Assembly: GCA_963701105.1 (NCBI GenBank)
Contig: OY969565.1
Coordinates: forward strand, 886,998 to 950,997
Reading direction: 5' to 3'
DNA: 64,000 nt
DNA from: an uncultured Actinomycetota bacterium
Lineage (GTDB): Bacteria > Actinomycetota > Thermoleophilia > RBG-16-64-13
The notes below the pieces were generated by a model. That model saw only the letters and a list, made by a program, of their open reading frames with translations, made no database searches and was not told the DNA's origin. The position numbers and the translations under genes were made by a program. Position 1 is the first letter of the stretch; the number at the start of each line of letters is the position of its first letter. Shown piece by piece: positions 1 to 9,341 of this stretch.

Positions 1-171
1 GCCTTCCAGCGAACGATGTGGGGAACCAAACGAGGGTGGCTGAGCGCGATCAAGCCCACGAAACGGGGCACGGTGGGCATGCCGGGCACGCGGAGAGGGC
101 GCACCAAGCCCAGGACCTTCAAGAGGACGCCTACGGGATTCGAAGGCACGCAGCGTCTCCGCGCCCGTTCT

Positions 172-1260
172 TCAATTGGTCATGGAGATATCGTGTCCGC
201 GAGACTGCACCAACAACTTGAAGTCCTGCCGGCTGGTCGCTGCTGCGACCGCGTCGTGGAGAGTAACCAGGCCCTGCTCGTAGAGGGACAGCAGACTCTG
301 GTCGAACGTCTGCATGCCGTAGTATTCGCCCTCCTTGATCGCCACCTCGATGTTGTGAGTCTGCTCCGGATCGAGGATGAAGTCGCGGATGCGCCCGGTC
401 ATGACCATGATCTCCACCGCGGGCACCCTCCCCACGCCGTCCGTGTGGGGCAGGAGGCGTTGCGAGATGATGCCCCGCAGCGAACCCGCAAGCATGATGC
501 GCACCTGCTTCTGCTGATAGAGAGGGAAGAAGTCGATGATCCTGTTCACCGTCTCGGTGGCGTCGATAGTGTGAAGCGTGCTCATCACGAAGTGGCCCGT
601 CTGGGCGGCGGTCAGAGCGGTGCGGACGGTCTCAAGGTCGCGCATCTCACCGATCAGGATGTTATCGGGATCCTGACGCAGAACGTATTTTAGGGCGGAA
701 GAGTAGGACTCGGTGTCCAGGCCCACCTCGCGCTGGTTCACGATGGACCGCTTATCGTGGTGGAGGATCTCGATGGGGTCCTCGATCGTGACGATATGCC
801 TCAGAAGCGAAGAGTTGATGTGGTCGATCATGGCGGCCAGGGTCGTGGTCTTGCCCGATCCGGTCGTGCCTGTGACGAGGAGTAGACCCCGAGGTTCGAG
901 TGCCATCTTCTCCACGATCGCCGGAAGGCGGAGATCCTCGAAGGTGGGTATCTCGACGGCCACCTGGCGTAACGCAATGGAGATACTGCCCCGCTGCCGG
1001 TAGACGTTCACCCGGAAGCGGCCGATGTCGGGGGCGCTGTAGGCGAAATCGAGTTCGTTCGTCTCGCTGAAGCGGCGGATCTGCTTGTCGCTCATGAGCG
1101 ACGCAGCGTAATCCTTGGTGTCTTCCGGGTTCAGGACCGGCAGGTCGAAGGGCCGCAACTCTCCGTCCACGCGCAAGACCGGCGGACTCCCGGCCTTCAC
1201 GTGAAGATCCGACGCACCCGCTTCCACCACGATCCGCAACAGCTCGTCAATATGTTTCAT
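172..1260 (-). CDS. pilT: Type IV pilus retraction (twitching motility) ATPase PilT
   Basis: ORF 172..1290. Walker A GTTGSGKTTT and PilT/GspE-family motifs are present. Start moved to MKHIDELL (ATG at 1260), which has GGAGGG 6 nt upstream. Confidence 0.9.
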   Translation of the reverse strand: MKHIDELLRIVVEAGASDLHVKAGSPPVLRVDGELRPFDLPVLNPEDTKDYAASLMSDKQIRRFSETNELDFAYSAPDIGRFRVNVYRQRGSISIALRQVAVEIPTFEDLRLPAIVEKMALEPRGLLLVTGTTGSGKTTTLAAMIDHINSSLLRHIVTIEDPIEILHHDKRSIVNQREVGLDTESYSSALKYVLRQDPDNILIGEMRDLETVRTALTAAQTGHFVMSTLHTIDATETVNRIIDFFPLYQQKQVRIMLAGSLRGIISQRLLPHTDGVGRVPAVEIMVMTGRIRDFILDPEQTHNIEVAIKEGEYYGMQTFDQSLLSLYEQGLVTLHDAVAAATSRQDFKLLVQSRGHDISMTN

Positions 1261-1324
1261 GTCAATCCCTCCGACCCATTGAACGCGCAAGCATCGGTTC
1301 GGTTTCGCACCACTGCCGTGGGCT

Positions 1325-2350
1325 TCACATCGGCTCGAGGGCCCAGTATGGCGACAGCCTGCGGACCAGCACGTCGATCGCGGCCGTCTCAGCCACAGAC
1401 GGTTGCGCCCACATCGTTCCCGACCCGGAGGTCAACCCCTCTATAGTGGCCTCGATCCCGTCTGCCAACACGCTGGGATCGTACCCCCCCTCTAGGAAGC
1501 ACACCGGGCCCGCGGCTCGATGTCTCACGCAGATCTCACTGAGAAAGTCGGCCATCCAACGAAATGCCTCCCTGGACAGCGACAGGCCACCCAACGGATC
1601 ACCGTCGGCCGAATCATACCCGGCCGAGACCAGCACGAGTTGCGGCTGGAACGCTTCTGCCAGCGGCCGGATCACCCTCGAGAAGAAAGCGCCGACCGCT
1701 CCATCACCTGCCCTATACAGTAAGGGAAGGTTCGCGGTATAACCGATTCCCGGCCCATCTCCTATCTCCTCCAAAGACCCGGTGCCCGGGTAGTGGTTCC
1801 CCAGGTGAAGGCTGCAGTAGAGGACCCGAGGGTCGTCGTAGAAGATCTCTTGAGTGCCGTTCCCGTGGTGCACGTCCCAGTCCACGATGAGTACCCGTTT
1901 CAGGTCGAGTGTGTGGAGGGCGTGAGCGGCCGCGACCGCGACGTTGTTGAAGAGGCAGAAACCCATCCCCTGGCTGCGACGCGCATGATGCCCAGGAGGC
2001 CGCACCAGGAGGAACGCCCGCCGATCGAGACGGACGGCCCGCTCTACGGCCTGGACGCCTGCTCCCGCGGCGTGCATGGCGGCGCTGTAGGAGGCCGGCG
2101 ACACGACCGTGTCCCAGTCGAGCCGACCCCCGCCTTCGTCCGCCATACGACGCACAGACTCGATGTAGTCAGGGGTGTGCACTCGGGAGACCGTCTCCAC
2201 GTCAGCCGCGGCCGGTTCGATCCAGTCGATCCCTACTCGTCCCTCGAGAAGCTCTCGCCGCGAGACGACCAGGCGCTCGGCGCCTTCGGGATGGTTCCCC
2301 GTATCGTGCTCCAGGAAGATGGGATGAAAGTAGACGTCCGCCGTTGCCAC
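1325..2350 (-). CDS. Histone deacetylase-family (AcuC/AphA-like) deacetylase
   Basis: 341 aa. HDAC signatures RPPGHHA, DWDVHHGNGTQ and SAGYDS are present. Confidence 0.85.
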   Translation of the reverse strand: MATADVYFHPIFLEHDTGNHPEGAERLVVSRRELLEGRVGIDWIEPAAADVETVSRVHTPDYIESVRRMADEGGGRLDWDTVVSPASYSAAMHAAGAGVQAVERAVRLDRRAFLLVRPPGHHARRSQGMGFCLFNNVAVAAAHALHTLDLKRVLIVDWDVHHGNGTQEIFYDDPRVLYCSLHLGNHYPGTGSLEEIGDGPGIGYTANLPLLYRAGDGAVGAFFSRVIRPLAEAFQPQLVLVSAGYDSADGDPLGGLSLSREAFRWMADFLSEICVRHRAAGPVCFLEGGYDPSVLADGIEATIEGLTSGSGTMWAQPSVAETAAIDVLVRRLSPYWALEPM

Positions 2351-2365
2351 GACAGACAGGACTCC

Positions 2366-3511
2366 CTAGAGGATCCGGCGGGCGCCGGTGTAATTGCTGC
2401 GGCTGATGGAGTTGATCCTCACGTTGGCTCCGGTGTAGGGAGCGTGAACCATGTTGCCGCCGCCCACGTAGATGCCGACGTGATGGATGGGAGAACCGAA
2501 GAAGACGAGATCGCCCGGCCGGAGATCGGCCCGCGCCACCGCCACACCTTCGTTGTACTGCGCACGACTCGAATGAGGCAGAGATACGCCCAGTTTGGCG
2601 AAGGAGTACACGACCAGGCCCGAGCAGTCGAAGCCGCTCGGAGACGCACCGCCCCACACATACGGGGCCCCGATATAACGCATAGCCACTTCCACGACCG
2701 CGTCGCCGAGCGCGGAGGCGGGAACGTTGCGGGACGGAGTAGTGACAGCCGTCTTGGTGGCGGTCCTAGTCTTCGAGGCGGTGGTCGTCCGAGCCTTGGC
2801 CGCTGCCGCCTCCTGCCGGGCGCGCTCCGCAGCGAGCCGGGCAGCCTTGGCCGCCTCTTCGGCGATCCTCTTCTGCCGCGCCTCTTCCTCCCGCTCCAGC
2901 TGCGCCACCTGCTGTTCTTTTCCGGCGAGCAGGCGCTTGCGCTCTGCGAGTCTGTTCTCGACGTCGGCACTCGCTGCTGCCGTCTCGGCTACGAGTTCCT
3001 TCTGACGGGCTTGGTCGGCAGCGAGCTTGACCTTGCGGGCGGCCACGTCGTCACGGTAGGCCTCCACCTGCGTAAGTACGTCTTTGTCGTTCGTGCCCAG
3101 CAGGGTGAGCAGGTGCAGCCGGTTCATGAAATCGCTGAACGATTCGGCCCCCAGCAGGGTCTCCAGCAGGCCCACGCTTCCGTTCTGATAGATGTTGACG
3201 ACCCGCGTGTTCAGACGCTCGTAGGCCACTTTGAGGTCGCTCTGCGACTTGTCTAGGCGCTCCTGGTTGGTGCTGATCTCGCCCTCGATATCAGCCAGTT
3301 GGAGCTTGGCGTACTGGTAGTCCTCGCGGGCCGCCTCGAGCCGATCGTCCAGCGCCTGGACCTGTTCGCGGAGCTTCTCGGCCTCGACCTTGGCCTGCGC
3401 GACCGCAGTGGGATCGGCAGCTGCATGAGGGGCCGAAATGAGTGAAGCGGAGAGGAATATGAAGAGTAAGACGAGAAGACGTTTGCCGGCATTGTCGGTG
3501 TGAGCGCTTAT
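2366..3511 (-). CDS. Secreted NlpC/P60 (C40) peptidoglycan endopeptidase with N-terminal coiled coil (RipA-like)
   Basis: C-terminal NlpC/P60 core (GFDCSGLVVYSF ... HHVGIYVG). The frame stays open upstream of the first ATG/GTG/TTG (3229), back to TGA at 3530-3532. That upstream stretch encodes a signal peptide (KRLLVLLFIFLSASLISAPHAAA) and more coiled coil. The 5' end is uncertain; ATA at 3511 lies 5 nt after GGAGG. Confidence 0.75.
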   Translation of the reverse strand: MSAHTDNAGKRLLVLLFIFLSASLISAPHAAADPTAVAQAKVEAEKLREQVQALDDRLEAAREDYQYAKLQLADIEGEISTNQERLDKSQSDLKVAYERLNTRVVNIYQNGSVGLLETLLGAESFSDFMNRLHLLTLLGTNDKDVLTQVEAYRDDVAARKVKLAADQARQKELVAETAAASADVENRLAERKRLLAGKEQQVAQLEREEEARQKRIAEEAAKAARLAAERARQEAAAAKARTTTASKTRTATKTAVTTPSRNVPASALGDAVVEVAMRYIGAPYVWGGASPSGFDCSGLVVYSFAKLGVSLPHSSRAQYNEGVAVARADLRPGDLVFFGSPIHHVGIYVGGGNMVHAPYTGANVRINSISRSNYTGARRIL

Positions 3512-3633
3512 TGAAGCCTCCAGTATCGTTCACCCGTGCAGGCGCCGAGCGGCCCGCAGTTCGAGAGGACTTTACCACGGGCCCGACCGAACCACCAAAC
3601 GCCCGACCCAACACCCGCCCTCGACGCCGTTTC

Positions 3634-4701
3634 TTAGAGACGCTCCAGGTAGGAGCGGATGCCGCTCAGGATGGCCTGTGCTTCCCGGCGCACGCCGGCG
3701 GGGGTAGCCAACTCGGCGCCCTCTTCGGGATGCGTGATGATGCCGGGCTCGACCATGACGGTGATTCCCTGCGGTTCACGGAGGCAGGCGTAGTTACAGC
3801 CGTGGGGGTGCAAGTCGACTCTGTCCATCTCCTTGACGAGACTCCCCACTATGTAGCCCGAGAGTCGCTTGCCCGCCTCACTGAAATAGGAACCGTTCGC
3901 AAAGTAGAAGGCAGCCGCACCCCGCGCCTCCGGATTCGAGTGATGACCGTGGTGCAGAGTGACCTGCAGATCGGCACCCAGGGAGTCGGCCAGCCCGGTG
4001 CGTTCGTAGAGCCCCAGAGTGCCGTCGTCCCGCCTCACTAGGTGCACTTCGGCCCGCTCGCCCTCCAGTAGTCCGGCCAGCTCCAGGGCCAGTGCCAGGT
4101 TCACGTCTTTCTCCAGGAGCCCGCCCCAGCCCACGCCGCCCGGGTCTTCTCCCCCATGTGCGGGGTCGATGCTCACCGTCAGGCCGGAGAGGGCGGCCCG
4201 CCGCACGTAGCCGTTCATGCGGTCGGGTATCTTCTTGTCGCCCCTACCCACTGCGGTCATCCGGATGCGCCGCAGATGGGCCAGGGTCGACTCACCGACG
4301 ATGCCGTCCATGTTGATACCGGCGTTGCGCTGGAACTCGGTGAGACCGCTCTCGGTGAGCGGCCCGAATATGCCGTCCTCCGGGCCCGTATCGAACCCGA
4401 GTTCGTTCAGCTGTCGCTGGAGCGCAAGCACGTCGTCGCCGCGCGCGTACGGCACCCTGAGATAGAGGAGTCGCTCGCCCACCTGATGGCCGGCCTCCAC
4501 CAACTCCGTCCACGTGTTCTCACCCACCACGCCGTCGGCGAGCAGGAGGCGAAGTTGTTGGAACTCGCGTACGGCACGTTCGGTGTGGGGGCCGAAGTGC
4601 CCGTCGGCGCCCTCGCGACCCAGAAAGAAGCCTTGGGCCCGTAGACGCGTCTGCACGTCCACGACTTCCTTGCCTCTATCGCCATATACGACCGGTCTCA
4701 T
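3634..4701 (-). CDS. N-acetylmuramoyl-L-alanine amidase (Amidase_3) with two N-terminal peptidoglycan-binding domains (CwlM-like)
   Basis: 355 aa. Two PG_binding_1-like repeats (GxxVxxxQxxL ... DGxFGPxT) are followed by a MurNAc-LAA domain (IDPAHGGEDPG). Confidence 0.85.
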   Translation of the reverse strand: MRPVVYGDRGKEVVDVQTRLRAQGFFLGREGADGHFGPHTERAVREFQQLRLLLADGVVGENTWTELVEAGHQVGERLLYLRVPYARGDDVLALQRQLNELGFDTGPEDGIFGPLTESGLTEFQRNAGINMDGIVGESTLAHLRRIRMTAVGRGDKKIPDRMNGYVRRAALSGLTVSIDPAHGGEDPGGVGWGGLLEKDVNLALALELAGLLEGERAEVHLVRRDDGTLGLYERTGLADSLGADLQVTLHHGHHSNPEARGAAAFYFANGSYFSEAGKRLSGYIVGSLVKEMDRVDLHPHGCNYACLREPQGITVMVEPGIITHPEEGAELATPAGVRREAQAILSGIRSYLERL

Positions 4702-4814
4702 AGTACGGGGTATTATACCGACGGCTCGGGCGCGCGATGGGCGTTGCGCTCGACCAGGCCAGGAACGCGAGCGACGCCGGCCGCCTGCGCGGCCGCAAGG
4801 AGCGACGCAGTAGG

Positions 4815-6017
4815 ATGCCCCGACACTCGAGACGCGTGACCGATCTGCTCATAGCGGGCATCTGGGTGGTGGCGCTTGTCCTGGTGGGCGTCGTGGTGGC
4901 CGACGCGCGAGGGAGCGGCCGCGAGAGCAGTCTTGCCGCCGGACCTCCCGTCTCCTCGGCCGTCCCGGCCGTGACGGGCACCTCACCTTCGACGGCTCCG
5001 GCGGCCTCCGAGCCGGTCGATCCAACCACTACCACGGCCACGGCAACCACCACCCTGCCCCCGCTCCTGGTGGCCGCCGGCGGCGACGTGATCGGCGATC
5101 GTCAGGTGGGCACCTTCATCGATTCCAATGGAGGCGAGGCGGTCTTCGCCGGTGTCTCCGAGTACCTCTCAGACGCACACGTGACCTTCGTGAACCTCGA
5201 GTCGCCGTTGTCTGACAAGGGCTCGCGCAACACGGAGAAGGACGTGACCTTCCGTGGCCGGCCGGCCCTTGTGCGGGGCCTCACCTCGGCCGGCGTGGAC
5301 GTGGTCAGCCTCGCGAACAACCATGCTCTCGACTGGGGATCTGGAGCACTGCTCGATACCATCGACCGTCTGTCCACTGCCGGGGTGGCGGTGGCGGGAG
5401 CGGGCCGCGATCTTGATGCGGCCAGGGCGCCGGCCATGTTGGATACCGCGGCCGGGACCGTGGCGGTGCTCGCCTTCAGCGACATCCTCCCCGCAGGATT
5501 CCCGGCCGGCGCCGAACGCACCGGGGTGAACCCGGTGCGCCCTGACCGCCAGAGGTTACTGGACGATATCGCGGCTGCGTCGGACCGCGCGGACTACGTC
5601 CTGGTGAGCTTCCATTGGGGCGTGGAGTACGAAGGGTACGCCGGCGAGGGGCAGCGCGCTTTGGCCCACGACGCCATCGATGCAGGCGCCGACCTGGTCA
5701 TCGGCCACCATCCGCACGTGTTACAGGGCCTGGAGATCTACAAGGACAGGCTGATCGCGTACAGTCTCGGCGACTTCGTCTTCGACCACTACTCCCGGGC
5801 CACCGGCGAGGCCGTCGTCCTCCGCGTCTCGATGCATGCCGAGGGACCGCCCGCCGTCACCGTGGTGCCCGTGTATCTCGCCGATCCCCATGGGATCCCG
5901 CGACCGGTACATGGGGATGAAGCCGGCGCGATACTGGACCGTCTCGCCGGTTTCAGTGAACGGCTCGGGCTTGCCTTGACGCGCGACGGGGACGTGTCGA
6001 GCTACTCTCCTCGCTGA
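4815..6017 (+). CDS. CapA-family (poly-gamma-glutamate synthesis / metallophosphatase-like) membrane-anchored protein
   Basis: ORF 4737..6017. Contains an N-terminal TM helix, a Thr/Pro-rich linker, and CapA motifs (FVNLESPL, LANNHALDWG, HWGVEY, GHHPH). ATG at 4815 chosen as start; this is uncertain. Confidence 0.8.
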   Translation: MPRHSRRVTDLLIAGIWVVALVLVGVVVADARGSGRESSLAAGPPVSSAVPAVTGTSPSTAPAASEPVDPTTTTATATTTLPPLLVAAGGDVIGDRQVGTFIDSNGGEAVFAGVSEYLSDAHVTFVNLESPLSDKGSRNTEKDVTFRGRPALVRGLTSAGVDVVSLANNHALDWGSGALLDTIDRLSTAGVAVAGAGRDLDAARAPAMLDTAAGTVAVLAFSDILPAGFPAGAERTGVNPVRPDRQRLLDDIAAASDRADYVLVSFHWGVEYEGYAGEGQRALAHDAIDAGADLVIGHHPHVLQGLEIYKDRLIAYSLGDFVFDHYSRATGEAVVLRVSMHAEGPPAVTVVPVYLADPHGIPRPVHGDEAGAILDRLAGFSERLGLALTRDGDVSSYSPR

Positions 6018-7731
6018 TCCGCACAAGCATCACGACGCAATCGTCTGCCAGCCGGCCTCCGGCGAACTTGCGCGCCTGGGCAACCAGCCGTTCGGCCGAG
6101 CCGTCTAACGCACCTTGCGAGCACTCCTCGACAGCCCGAATCAGGCCGGCCTCGCCGAAGAAGACGTCTCCCCGTCGGGCCTCGTAGAGACCGTCCGTGT
6201 ACATACACAGGGTGTGACCTGGCTCCAAGCGGAACGAGGTCGTCCCGTAGCGCACCCCGACGTTCACCCCGAGTGGGAGTCCAGGAACGCCGTGAGGCTG
6301 AATGACACCGGACGGCGTCGCGATCAGCGGACTCGGATGTCCCGCAAGCGCCAGTTCGGCGGCCCCGGACGTGGTGTCGATGACAGCCAGTGCCACCGTG
6401 ACAAACGAACCGGCCTCAGGATCTGAAGCCAGTGCCACGTTCACGCTGTCCAACCACGGCCCAGGAGACAGATCCATCGCGGCCTGCGCCCTCAGGGTGT
6501 GGCGCACGAAGCTCATGAACGTCGCTGCCGAGAGACCCTTTCCACATACGTCACCCACGACCACCGCGACCCTATCTCCCGAGACCGGGATGACGTCATA
6601 GAAATCTCCCCCCACCAGTGCCGCGTCGGTGGCGCTCTGGTACACATGGTCCACACGCAACCCCGGCACTCGGATGTCGCCCGGAAGCATCGCCCGTTGC
6701 AGGTAGAGGGCGATGTCGTGCTCCCCGGCCAGCCGCTGCAGGTTCTCGAGAGCCACACCGGCGTGGGCCGCCAATGTGGTGACGACCACCTCGTCCTCTG
6801 CGGTGAACCCGAAGGGATCCGGCGAACCGGCAAGTACGATACAGGCAAGGATCCCGCCTTCGCGGGCGATGAGGGGCACGCCCAGGTACCCGAGGAACCT
6901 TCCGCCCGACCTGTCCATCTCCTCGGCCATGCGGAGGATCCTACGGACGTCGATCGAGCGTTGAGCCACCTCCTTGAGATCGATCCGGCCCAGTGCGTAC
7001 CGGTGACGGTCCTCGCCCGGATCGGACGCCGTGACGAACGCCTCGAGGCGGAGCCCCGTCGGAGAAGGGAGGTAGGCGGCGCCGACAGCGGCACGCGTGA
7101 GTCGTAGGGCCCCTCCGAGGACCTCGTCCAGGATGCGTCCGGGTTCGGTCTCGCTGTTCACGGCCACGGCCAGGTGATTGAGTGATCGCAACTGTGACGA
7201 TCTGCGCCGCTCGATCTCCACCGCTCTCTCGAGGCGCTCTTGCGCTCGGCGCAGCGCACTGAGGTCGTGGAAGGCCAGGACGGCTCCATTCAGCCCTCCC
7301 CCGGCATCGACCACCGGTGAGGTGCGCAGGCGCAGATGTCGTTCCGGCCGGACTCCCACTTCACGCAACTCGCGTGCCTCGGGCTGCGTGCCCGACAAAG
7401 CCCACGACAGTGGCCCCTTCATCCAGGTGCAGGCTTCGCCCTGCTCGTCTACGAAGCGGAGTAAGTGGAGCCGGTCTTCCACGTGTTGCAGCGCCGCCTC
7501 CGCGGTCAACGGCTCAGGTTTGATGCCGAGGAACTCGCAGGAGGCCTGGTTGGCGAAGATCACGCGCCCGCCGCGGTCCACAACCAACAGGCAGTCGCCC
7601 ACGCACGAAGCCACGGCGGCGATTACGGCGTCGCCACGCGACATGAGATCCGACTGGTGAGTCTTGTCCGGCAAATCGAACCTCTTGCAGGCACGAGTGT
7701 CCCCGTGAAGCCGGGGGCCCCATGGTACCAC
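5953..7731 (-). CDS. PAS-GAF-PP2C (SpoIIE/RsbU-type) serine/threonine phosphatase
   Basis: 592 aa. N-terminal PAS-like region, central GAF-like region, and a C-terminal PP2C/SpoIIE domain (GDFYDV ... VVGDVCGKG ... YTDGLYE). The start is uncertain; an alternative is ATG at 7644. Confidence 0.85.
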   Translation of the reverse strand: MVPWGPRLHGDTRACKRFDLPDKTHQSDLMSRGDAVIAAVASCVGDCLLVVDRGGRVIFANQASCEFLGIKPEPLTAEAALQHVEDRLHLLRFVDEQGEACTWMKGPLSWALSGTQPEARELREVGVRPERHLRLRTSPVVDAGGGLNGAVLAFHDLSALRRAQERLERAVEIERRRSSQLRSLNHLAVAVNSETEPGRILDEVLGGALRLTRAAVGAAYLPSPTGLRLEAFVTASDPGEDRHRYALGRIDLKEVAQRSIDVRRILRMAEEMDRSGGRFLGYLGVPLIAREGGILACIVLAGSPDPFGFTAEDEVVVTTLAAHAGVALENLQRLAGEHDIALYLQRAMLPGDIRVPGLRVDHVYQSATDAALVGGDFYDVIPVSGDRVAVVVGDVCGKGLSAATFMSFVRHTLRAQAAMDLSPGPWLDSVNVALASDPEAGSFVTVALAVIDTTSGAAELALAGHPSPLIATPSGVIQPHGVPGLPLGVNVGVRYGTTSFRLEPGHTLCMYTDGLYEARRGDVFFGEAGLIRAVEECSQGALDGSAERLVAQARKFAGGRLADDCVVMLVRISEESSSTRPRRASRQARAVH

Positions 7732-7788
7732 CAGTGGTAAGGTAAACGAAGCTTCCGCTAAGCTTCCGAGAGCGATGGAGACCGGCAG

Positions 7789-9189
7789 CTACTCCCCCGG
7801 GTAGCCCGGCTCGGTCAGGGGCAGAGGGTCGAGCAGGCGATCGAGTGTCCCTTCGTCGAGCACGCCTTCGGCGAGGGCCGCTTCTTTGATGGTGAGCCCC
7901 TCGGCTACCGCACGTTCGGCCACATCCGCGGCACGCTGGTAGCCGATGGTGGGTGCCAGGGCGGTTGCCAGGGCGGTATTGCGGATAAGGACTCTATCCA
8001 TGCGCATGGAGTCGGCCCGGATCCCCCGTACGCACCGTTCGGTGAAGACGTCCACTCCGTTCGTGAGGATGGTCAACGACGTAGGGACGAGATCGGCTGC
8101 GACGGGAGCGAACACGTTGAGGTCTACCTGACCGTGCAGCCCGGCGAGCGACACGGAGAGATCGGCCCCGATCACCTTGAACGCCACCATGTCGAGCATC
8201 TCGGCCATGACCGGGTTGACCTTCCCCGGCATTATCGACGAGCCGGGCTGTACGGCGGGCAGAAGGATGTCCCCGAAGCCGGCGTCGGGGCCTGAGCTGA
8301 GAAGCCGGAGGTCGTTGGCGATCTTTGCCAACTCCACAGCCAACCCCCGGAGGGCGCCTGAGAAGCGCACGAAGTCGTCGTGGCTCTGGGTGATCTGGAA
8401 GTAGTCGGCGGGGGCCCGCACCTCCCACCCCGTCAACCCTCTCAACTCCTCGATGACGAGCACGCGATAGTCGGGGTCGGAGTTGGTGCCCGTGCCCAGA
8501 GCCGTAGCCCCGAGGTTCATGGCCAGAAGAGGATCAGCGGCGGCCGAAAGCGCGTCAATCGCCTTCAGCACCGTTACACGGTAGGCCCCGAACTCCTGAC
8601 CCAGGCGTATGGGGACTGCGTCCTGAAGATGCGTGCGCCCCGACTTCACGATGCCGTCGAACTCACGCCTCTTCACCTCGAACGCGTCGGCCAGGCGCTC
8701 CAGCGCGGGCCTCAACCGCTCCCACCCCGAGAATACCGCCAGCCTCACCATGGCAGGCACCGCGTCATTCGACGACATAGACATGTTCACGTGGTCGTTG
8801 GGGTGCACGGGACGGTAGTCGCCACGGACCCCGCCGAGCAGTTCGTTGGCCCGATTGGCGAGTACCTCGTTGGCGTTCATGTTGTGCGACGTGCCCGCGC
8901 CGGCTTGGAGGCGATCCACCACGAACTGATCCAGCCACAGCCCCCCGGTCAGCACCTCGTCTGCGGCGGCGATGATGGCACGACCGGGTTCATCCCCCAG
9001 CCGCCCGGTGCGCATGTTGGCGAGCGCCGCCGCCTTCTTCACCACGACTGTGGCCCACACGAAGTCGGGATGCGGTCCCTGGCCGCTCACGGGAAAATTC
9101 TCCCGGGCCCGCTGCGTCTGCGCCCCGTAGAGGGCATCGTCCGGTACGACGACCTCCCCAAGGCTGTCCCTCTCGATCCTTCCCGCCAC
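7789..9189 (-). CDS. Class II fumarate hydratase / aspartate ammonia-lyase family lyase
   Basis: 466 aa. Signature GSSIMPGKVNP. It mixes FumC-like (NEVLANRANELLGGVRG) and AspA-like (FKVIGAD) motifs, so the subfamily is not resolved. Confidence 0.85.
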   Translation of the reverse strand: MAGRIERDSLGEVVVPDDALYGAQTQRARENFPVSGQGPHPDFVWATVVVKKAAALANMRTGRLGDEPGRAIIAAADEVLTGGLWLDQFVVDRLQAGAGTSHNMNANEVLANRANELLGGVRGDYRPVHPNDHVNMSMSSNDAVPAMVRLAVFSGWERLRPALERLADAFEVKRREFDGIVKSGRTHLQDAVPIRLGQEFGAYRVTVLKAIDALSAAADPLLAMNLGATALGTGTNSDPDYRVLVIEELRGLTGWEVRAPADYFQITQSHDDFVRFSGALRGLAVELAKIANDLRLLSSGPDAGFGDILLPAVQPGSSIMPGKVNPVMAEMLDMVAFKVIGADLSVSLAGLHGQVDLNVFAPVAADLVPTSLTILTNGVDVFTERCVRGIRADSMRMDRVLIRNTALATALAPTIGYQRAADVAERAVAEGLTIKEAALAEGVLDEGTLDRLLDPLPLTEPGYPGE

Positions 9190-9341
9190 TCGAGCCTCCT
9201 CATGGATGCCTGATCGTCGTCCGGCGCCTCAATCTGTGTTACCAGGCGTCCTCAGCCCCCGCGCCTTCTGCGCGCCCTCTGCTCCCCCCATGCGTATACC
9301 CGAGCAGGCCCGAGAGAAGACGCCCCAGACATAAGCGCTTG

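Noticed and set aside
172-1260. pilT stands alone, with no pilB/pilC/pilM-Q neighbours; considered as evidence of a novel system.
   Set aside because: Orphan pilT paralogues are common. The upstream side is cut by the window edge, so no inference is possible.
1793-3256. 487-aa plus-strand ORF.
   Set aside because: It is antisense to the HDAC-family and NlpC/P60 genes. The sequence is Arg/Gly/His/Val-rich with no motifs, which is the typical high-GC shadow ORF.
3512-3633. Possible c-di-AMP (ydaO-type) riboswitch in the leader of the NlpC/P60 gene, and likewise at 39876..40015 upstream of the M23 peptidase.
   Set aside because: Only a vague resemblance (CACGGGUGAACG, GGUAAAGUCC). The conserved ...CCCGNACCCG...AGCUAAC... 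3' half is absent. A cmsearch with RF00379 would settle it.
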